NCBI GenBank assembly: GCA_044222475.1
Contig: JBGANF010000049.1
Span: forward strand, 1 to 50,015
From: Polyangiaceae bacterium
GTDB lineage: Bacteria > Myxococcota_A > Polyangia > Polyangiales > Polyangiaceae
Reading direction: 5' to 3'
DNA: 50,015 nucleotides
In this document: piece by piece, positions 9,738 through 19,190 of the stretch
Numbering within the stretch: the first letter of the stretch is position 1
Layout of the letters: the number at the start of each line of letters is the position of its first letter
Notes under the pieces: generated by a model
What the model saw: the letters and a program-made list of their open reading frames with translations, nothing else
The model's database searches: none
Told to the model about the DNA's origin: nothing
Made by a program: the position numbers and the translations under genes

Positions 9738-10327
9738 CGACGCGATCGCTCCTGCTCGTCGAGGACGAGGATCTCTCGCGCGAAGCGTTGGCGCGGGCGC
9801 TCGAGCGCGAGCACTTCACGGTGACCGGCGCAGCGACGGTCGAGGACGCCTTCGCGGCGATCGAGCGCGGTTCGTTCGACGCGGTCGTCACCGACGTGGT
9901 CCTCGGCGCGCACGACGAAGGTGGCCTCGAGGTGCTCGACGAGCTCCGGCGTCGCGGGAGTCACGCCCCGGTCGTCGTCATCACCGCGTTCGCCGACGTG
10001 AGCAAGACCAAGCGCGCGCTCAACGGCGGCGCCGCGTACCTCCTCGAGAAGCCGTTCCGCGCGCCCGACCTCGTGAAGATCGTCTCTCGCCTGCTACGCG
10101 AGAAGGACGACGTGTCACCGTTCGTCGAGCGGGCGCTCGCGAAGGCCGGGCTCACGGACAAGGAGCTCGCCGTCGCGCGTCAGGTGCTCAAGGGCCTGAC
10201 CTCCGACGAGATCGCGCGGCTCGAGAGCAACAGCGAGAAGACGATCCGCCAACACATCTCGCGCATCTACGCGAAGTGCGGCGTCTCCTCGCGCGCGGAG
10301 TTCTTCCACTACGTGTTCCCGGTGTGA
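9734..10327 (+). CDS. Response regulator, receiver plus LuxR-type HTH (FixJ/NarL-like)
   Basis: LLVEDE, VVTDVVL (phospho-Asp), ITAF, LEKPF; C-terminal LTDKELAVARQVLKGLTSDEIARLESNSEKTIRQHISRIYAKCGVSSR; GTGA overlap with the HK. Confidence 0.93.
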   Translation: MTTRSLLLVEDEDLSREALARALEREHFTVTGAATVEDAFAAIERGSFDAVVTDVVLGAHDEGGLEVLDELRRRGSHAPVVVITAFADVSKTKRALNGGAAYLLEKPFRAPDLVKIVSRLLREKDDVSPFVERALAKAGLTDKELAVARQVLKGLTSDEIARLESNSEKTIRQHISRIYAKCGVSSRAEFFHYVFPV

Positions 10328-10330
10328 GCC

Positions 10331-11368
10331 TCACTCCGGGCACGGCATGGCGGCGTGAGCCACGCCGACGAAGCGGCCGTCGTTGAAGAGGTTCGTCTTG
10401 TTCGGGTCTTCGTAGCTGTCCGCGTACCACATGCACTGGCCGTTCGCAGTCCGCACGATGGCTCGAGTGCTCGTCGCGCGATTGAAGACCGATTTCACGA
10501 TCGGTTTGTCGGCGGCGAAGCGGACGAGGGTCTTCCCTGCCGCGAGCGACTTCACGTACGCGGGCTTCAGCTTTGCCTCGGTCGACGGGTCGGCGCCCGG
10601 CGCGAAGGCGACCGTCTTCTTCGAGAACGCAGCGAGCTCACCGGGCTTCACGTCGATGGTGATCTGTCCGGTCGCGACCTCGTTCATCTCCTTCTTGTTC
10701 GTCCCCGGATGCCCGTCGCAACCGAAGCGAAGGCTCAGCGTGACGAGGTTCTTGCCCGGCTTCATGAGCGAGGCCAGCGCGAGGAAGCGGAACGCGCTCG
10801 GGTTGTCGGTCGCGTTGAAGCCGGTCGAGACGTCGATTCGACCCTGCGGCGTGATCGACAGGGGCGCACCGCTCGAGTCTTCGATGCCGAACGTGCGGAT
10901 CGAGAGCGCGAGGTCCTTCTTGATGGCGTCCTTGTGGGCCATGACGCCGGTGGCGTCGTTCCCCTCGGCGCCTTCGAGGGTCGCCTGGAAGGCGTACTTC
11001 ACCTGGCTCCCGTCGGAGCAGTACGTCTGACCATTGTCCCGGAGCACGGCCACCGGCGTCTTCGGGAAGTAGGCGCGGACGAAGAGCGGTTTGTCGAGCG
11101 TCGATGCCGTGACGAGCTTGGCCTCGTCGGCCTCGGTCTTTTCGATCGGGGCGTTCGAGAACACGATCTGGCCTTCGTGCTTCGTTTGGAGGGCGCTCAC
11201 GCTTCCTTCGTCCTTGTCGCTGACCTTGGGCGGCGAGCTCTTCGCGGTCGATGGAGCGGTCGCGCTGGTGGTCGACGGCCCGTCGCTCGATGACGGGTCC
11301 TTCGACCCTGGGACGAGGGAGCAAGCGGTCAGCGAAAGGGCAGCGATGACGAGAACGTGGCGGGACAT
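10331..11368 (-). CDS. Hypothetical lipoprotein
   Basis: Lipobox LTAC, Ser/Thr-rich linker, AAGGAG RBS upstream, normal codon usage; no family recognised. Confidence 0.8.
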   Translation of the reverse strand: MSRHVLVIAALSLTACSLVPGSKDPSSSDGPSTTSATAPSTAKSSPPKVSDKDEGSVSALQTKHEGQIVFSNAPIEKTEADEAKLVTASTLDKPLFVRAYFPKTPVAVLRDNGQTYCSDGSQVKYAFQATLEGAEGNDATGVMAHKDAIKKDLALSIRTFGIEDSSGAPLSITPQGRIDVSTGFNATDNPSAFRFLALASLMKPGKNLVTLSLRFGCDGHPGTNKKEMNEVATGQITIDVKPGELAAFSKKTVAFAPGADPSTEAKLKPAYVKSLAAGKTLVRFAADKPIVKSVFNRATSTRAIVRTANGQCMWYADSYEDPNKTNLFNDGRFVGVAHAAMPCPE

Positions 11369-11439
11369 GGTCGACTCCTTGGCGGTTGTTTACGGTGTAC
11401 GTAACCTCCGCCCGGAGCCTTCCCCCTTTTGGGAAACCG

Positions 11440-12474
11440 TCAGCTCTTCTTCTTCTCTTCGACCAGACCGCGCCACATCGAGCGATCGTCGACCATCGCC
11501 AGGACCATCCAGGTGCTCGCGGCGCAAAGGAACAGGCTGCGCAGCGGGACGTCGACCGCGCCTCGCGCGAGGATCGCAAGCGCGAGGGACGCGCTGATCG
11601 GCGCTTGGTGGCGCACCGCCACGATCGACGCCATCGCGAGGAGCGGCGCGCTCACGCCGAAGAACACGCTGAGCGTCGACAGCGCGAACGGCTCGGGTGG
11701 CGGCAACCATCCGAGCGCGCCCCACAGCGCCATCTTCCATTGCGGCGCCGTCTCTGCCCTGCCCTGCCCTGCGCTCCATACGAGGAAGAACGCCCCGGCG
11801 AGCGCGAGCGGCATCACGAGCTGACCGAGCCACCGCCCGCGCATGCCGACCCAGACCACCGTGCCGGCCTGAGCGAACCCTTCGAAGACGACCGACGCGG
11901 TCGCGAACCCCCGCGCGACGTTGTACGTGCTCGGCTCGGTGGCTCCCGCGACGGCGACGCGCCACGCGACGAGGCGGAGCAACGACGACGCGACCAGCAG
12001 CAACAAGACGAGCCCACCGGCGCGCGTGTGGGTCGCGCGCAAGCACATCACACCGGAGACGGCAGCGACGAGCGACACGGCGCCCACCAAGAGCACCGAC
12101 ACGAGCGGCACCATCTGGAACGCGAACGAGAGCGCGGCGACGACGACGGCGCCTGCCGAGCCGAACAGGATCGCGCCTTTTCCGGCCGACGCGACTCGGG
12201 TGTCGACGAGGAACTCGTAGATCCCGAGGACGAGGAGCCCGATCAGGAGCAAGCCGCTCGCGTTGACGAACGTCGCCGACGTCGTCTCCCAGAACGACAC
12301 GACCTTGTCCGAAGCGACGCCGCGCACACCCGGCGCGATGATGCCGCCGAGAACGACCGCGACCGCGGAGACGATCGTCGCCGCGTAGAGGAGCCACGCG
12401 CTGCGGAGGAGCGGCGTCGCCATGCGCGCGTACGACTCCGGAGAGCGTGAGCTCGGGGGGGATTCGGTCGTCAT
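11440..12474 (-). CDS. Hypothetical polytopic membrane protein
   Basis: About 9-10 hydrophobic segments; ATG at 12474 overlaps the porin stop (TGATG). Confidence 0.75.
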   Translation of the reverse strand: MTTESPPSSRSPESYARMATPLLRSAWLLYAATIVSAVAVVLGGIIAPGVRGVASDKVVSFWETTSATFVNASGLLLIGLLVLGIYEFLVDTRVASAGKGAILFGSAGAVVVAALSFAFQMVPLVSVLLVGAVSLVAAVSGVMCLRATHTRAGGLVLLLLVASSLLRLVAWRVAVAGATEPSTYNVARGFATASVVFEGFAQAGTVVWVGMRGRWLGQLVMPLALAGAFFLVWSAGQGRAETAPQWKMALWGALGWLPPPEPFALSTLSVFFGVSAPLLAMASIVAVRHQAPISASLALAILARGAVDVPLRSLFLCAASTWMVLAMVDDRSMWRGLVEEKKKS

Positions 12475-13649
12475 CAAAATCCGACTGTGAGCTCCACGAT
12501 CGCTTCCTGGCGCGCGCGATCGGTGCCTGCCGCAGCGAGGGCTCCAGTCGCGTGGAAGAGGGTACTCGCTTTGATGCGGTGTCTCCACACGTACAAATTC
12601 GCCACCGCCCAGAGCCCACGCAGCTCGCTCGTCGCCGAGGTCGCCGAGGTGGAGTAGAGGTCGCCCCGCAGACCGAGCTCGAACCCCTGGAGCAACACCG
12701 GGAAGCGATACGCTAGATCGAGCACCAGCGCGCGCTGGCCGTAGGCAACGGAGCCGTCGGCCGTGGTGCCGCGGCCGAGCACGCCCTCGACCGCCGCGTA
12801 GAGCCCGCGGTAGCTGAACGCGACCGCGAGGCTGCCGGCTTGCGACGCGCCGTCGGGGCCGGTCCGAGCGAGCCCGCCCAGCGAGAACGCGACGCGCGCA
12901 TCCCGCTCCTCGAAGTCACCCTTGAAGAACGCACCTTCGGCCGGAGGTCCGAGCCACGGCGTGAGCTCCACGCGGCCGGCGACGAGGAAGCTCTCCGCCG
13001 ACTCGGGCGCGAGGAGGCCGCCGGAGAACGCGCCGACCGCGAAGTTGAAGAGGCCGTAGTCCTCGTGCATCTGCAGGCCGACGCGTCGATCCGGCAGTAC
13101 CGAAGTGGTACCGGTCGGCGCGTATCCGTACCGGTCGGCGCGCCAGGCGACCGGCGGCTCGAGGAACACCTGCCGCGTCTCGTCGACCAGCGAGTGGCGC
13201 GTGAAAGGCACGCGGAGGAACCCGGCGCGCATCTGGAAGAGCCGGAGATCGACGTTGGCCCACGCGACGACGAGGGGCGTGCGCGTCGCGGCCGGCGTGA
13301 GCGAATCGTAGAGGTCGGAGCTGATGTGCGCCGTGACTTGTTGGACGATCGTCGCTTCGAGGCCGATGCGCGCGCGGCGAACGAGGAACCCGCGCGTCTC
13401 CGAGAGGTCGCCCTTGGCGAGGCTGAATCCGGTCGTGTCCTCGAACGGGACGCTCGCGCGGAGCTGAAGCGACGCGCGCGGGACGAGCTTGAGAACCGAC
13501 TCCGACGACGTCGGCGTGATCTCGATCGCGCCTTCGTCGTCGCGAACGTGTCCGAGTCCCGTCGGGCCGCCGTTCTCGTCGGTCGCCGAGGCGACACGAG
13601 TCACGGTGGTGACGAGGACGAACGCTGCGACGAGACCGTACCTGCCCAC
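12474..13649 (-). CDS. Porin, OprO/OprP (phosphate-selective porin)-like beta-barrel
   Basis: GFLVRRARIGLEA, MRAGFLRVPFT and DRRVGLQ motifs; alternating beta-strands; C-terminal Phe. Start uncertain (GTG 13649 or 13694). Confidence 0.72.
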   Translation of the reverse strand: MGRYGLVAAFVLVTTVTRVASATDENGGPTGLGHVRDDEGAIEITPTSSESVLKLVPRASLQLRASVPFEDTTGFSLAKGDLSETRGFLVRRARIGLEATIVQQVTAHISSDLYDSLTPAATRTPLVVAWANVDLRLFQMRAGFLRVPFTRHSLVDETRQVFLEPPVAWRADRYGYAPTGTTSVLPDRRVGLQMHEDYGLFNFAVGAFSGGLLAPESAESFLVAGRVELTPWLGPPAEGAFFKGDFEERDARVAFSLGGLARTGPDGASQAGSLAVAFSYRGLYAAVEGVLGRGTTADGSVAYGQRALVLDLAYRFPVLLQGFELGLRGDLYSTSATSATSELRGLWAVANLYVWRHRIKASTLFHATGALAAAGTDRARQEAIVELTVGF

Positions 13650-13657
13650 GCCCCTCG

Positions 13658-15385
13658 TCAGCCTGCGTTCGGCTTCTTCGGCGCGAGGAGCCACATGCCC
13701 TCGCGGGTGTCACCCGCCGGCGGCGGCCCCTTCTCCTGCGGGCCGCTCGGGGTCTTCGGGTTCGGGTCGACCGGGGGAACGCCGGGCGGGTTGTTCAGCA
13801 TGAACGGCGCCGCGTTCATGGTGGAGCAGGCGTAGACCTCGTCGCGGTGGAACTCCCAGTGGAGGTACACCGAGCCGTCGGTCGAGACGATGGCGTTGGG
13901 CGCCGAGCCGAACGGCGACGCGCGCTGCACCGAGTCGAGCGCGGCGATGTCGAACGCGGTCACGCCGCTCGTCTTGACGACGCCCATCTTCACGATGTGC
14001 CCGTCGCGCGTGAGCACGATCTCGAGGCGAGTCATGAGCTTCGGATCGTTCAGCGGGTTCGTCAGGGGGAGGCTGTCGAGCGAGGCGAGGAAGGAGTCCG
14101 CGAAGATCGGGTGGATGCGGTTGTGCATCGCGTTGAGGTACGTCGCGAACGGGACCGCCGCCGTGTTGAGCGCGGTCTGGTTGCCCGGCTTCACGCTGGA
14201 CACGTAGTTCTCGATCGCGGGGCGCCACTTGTCGAAGCTCGACGACGTCCACGAGCCGCGGTGCTCGGACAGACGACGCTCGCCGTCACCCTCGCGATCG
14301 CGACGAAGCTGGTCACGCCCGACGACCGCGATCACGCCCTTGTTGTCGAGGTTGATGTTCACCTGACCAGGACCGGGGTGTCCGCCGAGGCCGTATTGCC
14401 GGGTCGTCGGAGCGGGGGGCGGCTGAAGCGTGCGCGACGTGGAGCCAGGCCCCGTGTCCTGCGACGTGCCGGTGCCGGGGGCGCGCGCGATGCTGAAGGT
14501 CCAGCCGCCGCCCTGGTTGTCCATGACGTTCGGCGAAGGCGGCGCGTTGTTGCCTGGAGCGAGCTGCGGCGGGGCCGGGGCTTGCGCGCCTGCGACCTTG
14601 CCGTCGCCGCCGCTCTGCGCTTGCGTCGGCGCGGTGGGGCCTTGCACCGCGACCGGCCCCATCGGCTTGTCCTGCGGCTCGTTGTGGATGACGTCGAACT
14701 CGGTGCCCTTCTCGCCTGGGGCCTTGTTCGCCACGCCCTTGTGCTCGTCGCTGTCGGCGATGCGGTGCTCGTCGCTGTCGCCCGGGTCCTTCGAGGCGTT
14801 CTGGTGATCACCCGACGGCTTCGGATCGGTGTTGTCCTGATCGTGCGACGTGATCGTCGCGACCTGCTCGTCGTCGGTCTTGTTCGCTTCGTCGGCGATG
14901 AAACGCGCGTTCGGGTTGTCGTCCTGGTTCGGCTTGACGTGCTGGCGCACCGCGATGCGCTGATCCTTCTTCGGCGGCGGCGGCGGGAGCGGTTGCACCG
15001 CGGTGTCGACCGGCTTGACGACGGCGACCTTCGGGTCGTCCTTCTTCGGGTCTTCGACCTTCTTCGGATCGTCCTTCTTCGGATCGAGCGGCTTCGGCTT
15101 CTGGGCCTCTTGGGTCGCGCTCGGCTCGGGCGGCGGCGGGGCGGCGGTGTCGACCGGAGGCGCGGTGGTCCCGTCGGCGATGACGTCGATCTCGGTGGGC
15201 GCCTGCTTGCGGTCGATCTTCGTGCCGACGCGCTCGGCGAAGGTCGTCAGCGCCTTCTCGTCGTCGTGCTTGAGCGCGACCTCGTAGCCGGCGACGCCCG
15301 CACCCAGGTGGACCCAGGCGGCGACGTTGATCCAGAAAAAGGCCAAAAGGCCCATCGGGATCGTGGCTTTGGAGGAATCACGCAT
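13658..15385 (-). CDS. TonB/TolA-like energy transducer with long Pro/Lys/Asp-rich linker
   Basis: N-terminal TM with His (VAAWVHLG); DPKK repeats; C-terminal TonB_C-like domain YLNAMHNRIH..LEIVLTRDGHIVKMGVVKTSGVTAFDIAALDSVQRASPF. Confidence 0.85.
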   Translation of the reverse strand: MRDSSKATIPMGLLAFFWINVAAWVHLGAGVAGYEVALKHDDEKALTTFAERVGTKIDRKQAPTEIDVIADGTTAPPVDTAAPPPPEPSATQEAQKPKPLDPKKDDPKKVEDPKKDDPKVAVVKPVDTAVQPLPPPPPKKDQRIAVRQHVKPNQDDNPNARFIADEANKTDDEQVATITSHDQDNTDPKPSGDHQNASKDPGDSDEHRIADSDEHKGVANKAPGEKGTEFDVIHNEPQDKPMGPVAVQGPTAPTQAQSGGDGKVAGAQAPAPPQLAPGNNAPPSPNVMDNQGGGWTFSIARAPGTGTSQDTGPGSTSRTLQPPPAPTTRQYGLGGHPGPGQVNINLDNKGVIAVVGRDQLRRDREGDGERRLSEHRGSWTSSSFDKWRPAIENYVSSVKPGNQTALNTAAVPFATYLNAMHNRIHPIFADSFLASLDSLPLTNPLNDPKLMTRLEIVLTRDGHIVKMGVVKTSGVTAFDIAALDSVQRASPFGSAPNAIVSTDGSVYLHWEFHRDEVYACSTMNAAPFMLNNPPGVPPVDPNPKTPSGPQEKGPPPAGDTREGMWLLAPKKPNAG

Positions 15386-15471
15386 GAGAGGACCCGGGCA
15401 GACGAAGCCCGTCCTGCATACTCTAAGGAGGAGTTCGGTCGAACGCCAGCCAGCGGCGGCGGTTACGCCAA

Positions 15472-17280
15472 CTACCTGGAAATACGGATGTTTCGTATGC
15501 GATCGAGTTGGCCGGCGGTGGAGCCACCCCGGAGACCAATCGCGACTCGGACGCCGACCGGCACCTCGGGGCACGGTCGCTCGACTCCGGCGGCGAATGC
15601 CGTCACCGCCGCTCCGCGTCGTTCCACGTGGATCGTGCCGGCGCTGGGAAGCGTGCACTCTACATCTCCGTCGGGCCGCCGGAGCACGAGCCGAAGGGCA
15701 TTTCCGCTCGTGAGATCCACGTCGAGGGTGAAGTCGCGGAACCGAAGGTCGGCGACGAACACCGACGCGTCTTGGGGGAGATCGAGGCCGTCGGCGCCCG
15801 AGAACTTCATCAGCGACGACAAAGGCGAGCGATCCGGCGCGAGGTGGTCGAGCGTGCCGACCGCGTACGCAGCCGGATCGCTCGTGTAGTCGGTTCGCAC
15901 GTCGAAGCGCCGCCCGAAGACCTTGCCCGTCGGATCGAGCCAGAGGAGGAGACCGGGATCGGCGGTCACGAGCGGCTGACCGAACAGGGGAACGTCAGGC
16001 TCGTTGGCGCCGCCGAGCACGTCGACCTCGGCGGTGAACGCTTCGGTCCACGGATCCCAGCGAAGGAAGCGTTCACTCGTCCAGAGCACCGGCCTCCCGT
16101 CCGCGGCGGGGAACAACCGACCGAGCAACAGCGGGGCGGCGAGCTGGTTCTGAGCCTTCGTTGCGCCGCGATCGGCCGAGATGATCCAGGTGTTGGGGAA
16201 CGTGTCTGGGTCGTCGGTGCCGACAGGAGGAGGGACCGGCACGATCACGCACACCGCGCCGCCACCTTCGGTCGCTGCGCAGTCCATCCGCGGGCGCGCG
16301 GGGAGCGTCGCGGTCGTCGGACGCTTGTTGCGCGCATCCGGCGTGAGGAACTCGAGCATGCCGACGGGCTGATCGGCTCCGTCGAGCCCGCCGGCGATCA
16401 TGACGTCGCCAGAGGCGAGGCGTACCACGATGGGACTACGACGCGAGACGAGACCACCCGCGAGCCCCTCGCGCGAAGCCTGACCGAGCTTGGCATCGAT
16501 GCGCTCCATGTTGTTCAGGACGCCGTTCGTGCCTTGACCGTCGACCAAGAGAACGTCGCCGTTGGCGAGCCGCACCGACCCGTGCTCCGAGCGCGCGATC
16601 GACAGCGGGACGGTCTTCGCCCGATCGAAGAGGTTCGTTTTTCCGTCGAAGAGCTCGGCGCTCGGCAAGGGTTTGCCGTCGTCGAGGCTGAGTCCTCCCG
16701 AGACGATCGCGCCGTCGTTGAAGGCGTCGACGCGCGCACGGAGCCTGCCGTTGAGGAGTCCGAGCGCGACGGGCGACACGGTGCCTCGCGCGAGATCGAC
16801 GACGGAGCTCGACGCAACCCCGTTGTCGAGCCGCTTGCCCGCCGTCACGAGGACGCGACCATCATCCATGACGCCGAAGAGCCGGTCGGTCCCGCCGTCG
16901 GCGCTGTTCGTGAGCGAGCAACGATCGCCGCTCGGCCAGAGCAGGAGATCGACGCCACCGGACGCCGCGACGTTGGTTCGCCCGCGCCACCGGCCGCCGC
17001 CGGTCAGGTCCGACGCGTCGAGGACCAGCGCCTTCGTCTCGGCCGGGAGCTCGGCGAGCGATGCGCCCGGATCGAGGAACAGCTTCGACTGCGCGGGGTT
17101 GTCGACCGTCGGAGTGAAGTCGCCCCACGCGTAGTAGACGCCGTAGCGCTTGGCGCCCATCGCGCACGCCGTCGGCACGTGGACGGTCACCACGCGCGAC
17201 TCGACGATCGGCTCGCGCTCGCAAGCCGCGAGCGCGAGCGCTGCGACCGCGAGAGGAACGAGAACCGACGTGACGCGCAC
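15472..17280 (-). CDS. Kelch-repeat (galactose oxidase-like propeller) lipoprotein
   Basis: Lipobox LAAC; repeats ARSEHGSVRLANGDVLLVDG, RRSPIVVRLASGDVMIAGG, DDGRVLVTAG. Confidence 0.82.
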   Translation of the reverse strand: MRVTSVLVPLAVAALALAACEREPIVESRVVTVHVPTACAMGAKRYGVYYAWGDFTPTVDNPAQSKLFLDPGASLAELPAETKALVLDASDLTGGGRWRGRTNVAASGGVDLLLWPSGDRCSLTNSADGGTDRLFGVMDDGRVLVTAGKRLDNGVASSSVVDLARGTVSPVALGLLNGRLRARVDAFNDGAIVSGGLSLDDGKPLPSAELFDGKTNLFDRAKTVPLSIARSEHGSVRLANGDVLLVDGQGTNGVLNNMERIDAKLGQASREGLAGGLVSRRSPIVVRLASGDVMIAGGLDGADQPVGMLEFLTPDARNKRPTTATLPARPRMDCAATEGGGAVCVIVPVPPPVGTDDPDTFPNTWIISADRGATKAQNQLAAPLLLGRLFPAADGRPVLWTSERFLRWDPWTEAFTAEVDVLGGANEPDVPLFGQPLVTADPGLLLWLDPTGKVFGRRFDVRTDYTSDPAAYAVGTLDHLAPDRSPLSSLMKFSGADGLDLPQDASVFVADLRFRDFTLDVDLTSGNALRLVLRRPDGDVECTLPSAGTIHVERRGAAVTAFAAGVERPCPEVPVGVRVAIGLRGGSTAGQLDRIRNIRISR

Positions 17281-17342
17281 GCCGGGATGATACCCGGTTT
17301 CCCGGCTTGCCGATGCGTGGTCCGGGCGTCATCCTGCGGCGC

Positions 17343-17924
17343 ATGAAATGGTGCGCTTTGCTTCTGGTGGGTGTCGTGGGGTGCGGTGGACAGGTCGCCA
17401 CCACGTCCGACGCGGGCACGAGCTCCGACGCGGGCACGAGCTCCGATGCGTCGTCCGACTCCGGGTTCGATCCGCCTCCCCCGACGACCGACGGCGGACC
17501 GTGCAACGCGCTCGCGCTCCTCGGCGACACGATCACCGTGAACGACGTGGCGGCGGAGTTTCCGACGAGCGGCACCGCGGACGTGCCACCGCTGCCGGGG
17601 ACGTACGTCCTCGAGACGTCGACGCGTTACACCGGAACGGGTGGTTCGTCCGGGCCGCACGGCACGCTGTCGGTGACGGTGCAGGTCACGCCGAGCGCTT
17701 GGCAGGTCGCCGTGTCGGACAAGGGTGGACCGGTGGACCACCGCACCTACGGGCTGAACCTCGCCACGCCCGACGGTCCTTACCGTTTGAACTGCACGTG
17801 CGGGACGACCGACACGAAGCTGGTCACCTTCGTCCCGATCAACAGCCCGGGCTTCGTCCTCGTGATCTTCGACAAGAACGCGGGTGTGACGATCGTCGAT
17901 CTGTTTCGCCCCGTTCAGAAATGA
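17343..17924 (+). CDS. Hypothetical lipoprotein
   Basis: MKWCALLLVGVVG-C lipobox, SDAGTS repeat linker, beta-rich C-terminal domain. Confidence 0.8.
   Translation: MKWCALLLVGVVGCGGQVATTSDAGTSSDAGTSSDASSDSGFDPPPPTTDGGPCNALALLGDTITVNDVAAEFPTSGTADVPPLPGTYVLETSTRYTGTGGSSGPHGTLSVTVQVTPSAWQVAVSDKGGPVDHRTYGLNLATPDGPYRLNCTCGTTDTKLVTFVPINSPGFVLVIFDKNAGVTIVDLFRPVQK
17406..17450 (+). repeat. Intragenic 18-bp tandem repeat (2.5 copies) encoding SDAGTS
   Basis: TCCGACGCGGGCACGAGC twice, plus a partial third copy. Confidence 0.8.
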
Positions 17925-17927
17925 CGG

Positions 17928-19190
17928 TCACTGCGAGCCGGGCGCCTTCTGTTGCGTCTGCTCGGTGGCGTGGACCACGGTGCCGTCCTTGAGTGACGCG
18001 GCGACGTTCAACACGACGCGCTCGTCGCCTTGGAGGCCGCTCGAGACGGAGACCCCCACCCCGGTGTCGTCCTCGATGACGATCTTGACGAACTTGATCG
18101 TCTCGTCCGATTGCACCACCGCGACGCGCGTGCCGTCGGCGCCGTTGACGACGGCGTTGGCCGGCACGGTGAAGACGGTGTGAGGCGTCGCCACCGAGAG
18201 CTCGGCGCGGACGTACATTCCGGCGAGGAGAGCGCCGTCCGCGTTCGGGACACGGATCTCGACCTTGAGGGTGCGCGAGTCGACGTCGAGTGACCCGGCG
18301 ATGTGGGCTACCTGTCCCAAGAAGGTACGACCGGGGAACTCGCGCGCGGTGATCGTGACCTTCTGATCCACCTTGATCGACGGCGCCATCGTCTGCGGCA
18401 CGGCGATCATGACGCGCACCGGATCCATCTTGGCGACCTTGTAGAGCGGCGTACCGGTTCCGGCGGTGAGGAGCGCGCCGCGCTCGACCTTGCGCTCGAC
18501 GATGACGCCGTCGAACGGAGCGGTCACGCGCGCGTACGCGGCGAGCTGCTGCAGGCGCCGCACGTTCGCGGCGTAGGCGTTGCGCTGCGCCTCGGCGACC
18601 TTCACCTTCGCCTCGGCGGAGGCGAGATCGGACCGCTTGCGATCGAGATCCTGCTTCGAAGCCAAGCTCTCGGCGGCGAGCGCGGCGTAACGGTCGGCCT
18701 CGATCTTGGCCTGATCGCGGGTCGTCACGGCGTCGACGATCGCGGCGTCCCCTTGGGCGAGCTGGGCTTGCGCTTGGAGGAGCTGCTGGTCGATCTCCGG
18801 CGTCTCGATCTGGGCGAGCTCCTGCCCCTCCTTGACGTGATCGCCCATGTCGACGCTCCAGCTCCGCACGTAGCCGTCGGCGCGCGGGTAGATCGTCGTG
18901 AGCTCGAGCGGCTCGATCGTCGCCGGCAGGCCGAGCGCCTTCGTGCTCGCTCCGGCCTTCGGTCGGGCGAAGATCACGTTGGGCACCGCGTCCTCGACCT
19001 CGGACGCTGCGAGGTTCGCGGCGTTCTGCGCGCGGTGGCGGGGGAGCCAGCCGAAGACGAAGGCGCCGCCGAGGATCAGGGCGACCGCCAGGACGAGCAT
19101 CGCGATCTTGCGCGTGGAGATCGGCGCGGGCTCGGGGAGGTCGAAGTCGAGCTCCTCGGGTGCGTCGGGATCGTCGTGCTGCTGCGTCAT
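17928..19190 (-). CDS. RND efflux periplasmic adaptor subunit
   Basis: N-terminal TM; IYPRADGYV..VDMGDHVKEGQELAQIETPEID; VTAPFDGVIVERKVERG; ATGA overlap with the permease. Confidence 0.92.
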   Translation of the reverse strand: MTQQHDDPDAPEELDFDLPEPAPISTRKIAMLVLAVALILGGAFVFGWLPRHRAQNAANLAASEVEDAVPNVIFARPKAGASTKALGLPATIEPLELTTIYPRADGYVRSWSVDMGDHVKEGQELAQIETPEIDQQLLQAQAQLAQGDAAIVDAVTTRDQAKIEADRYAALAAESLASKQDLDRKRSDLASAEAKVKVAEAQRNAYAANVRRLQQLAAYARVTAPFDGVIVERKVERGALLTAGTGTPLYKVAKMDPVRVMIAVPQTMAPSIKVDQKVTITAREFPGRTFLGQVAHIAGSLDVDSRTLKVEIRVPNADGALLAGMYVRAELSVATPHTVFTVPANAVVNGADGTRVAVVQSDETIKFVKIVIEDDTGVGVSVSSGLQGDERVVLNVAASLKDGTVVHATEQTQQKAPGSQ

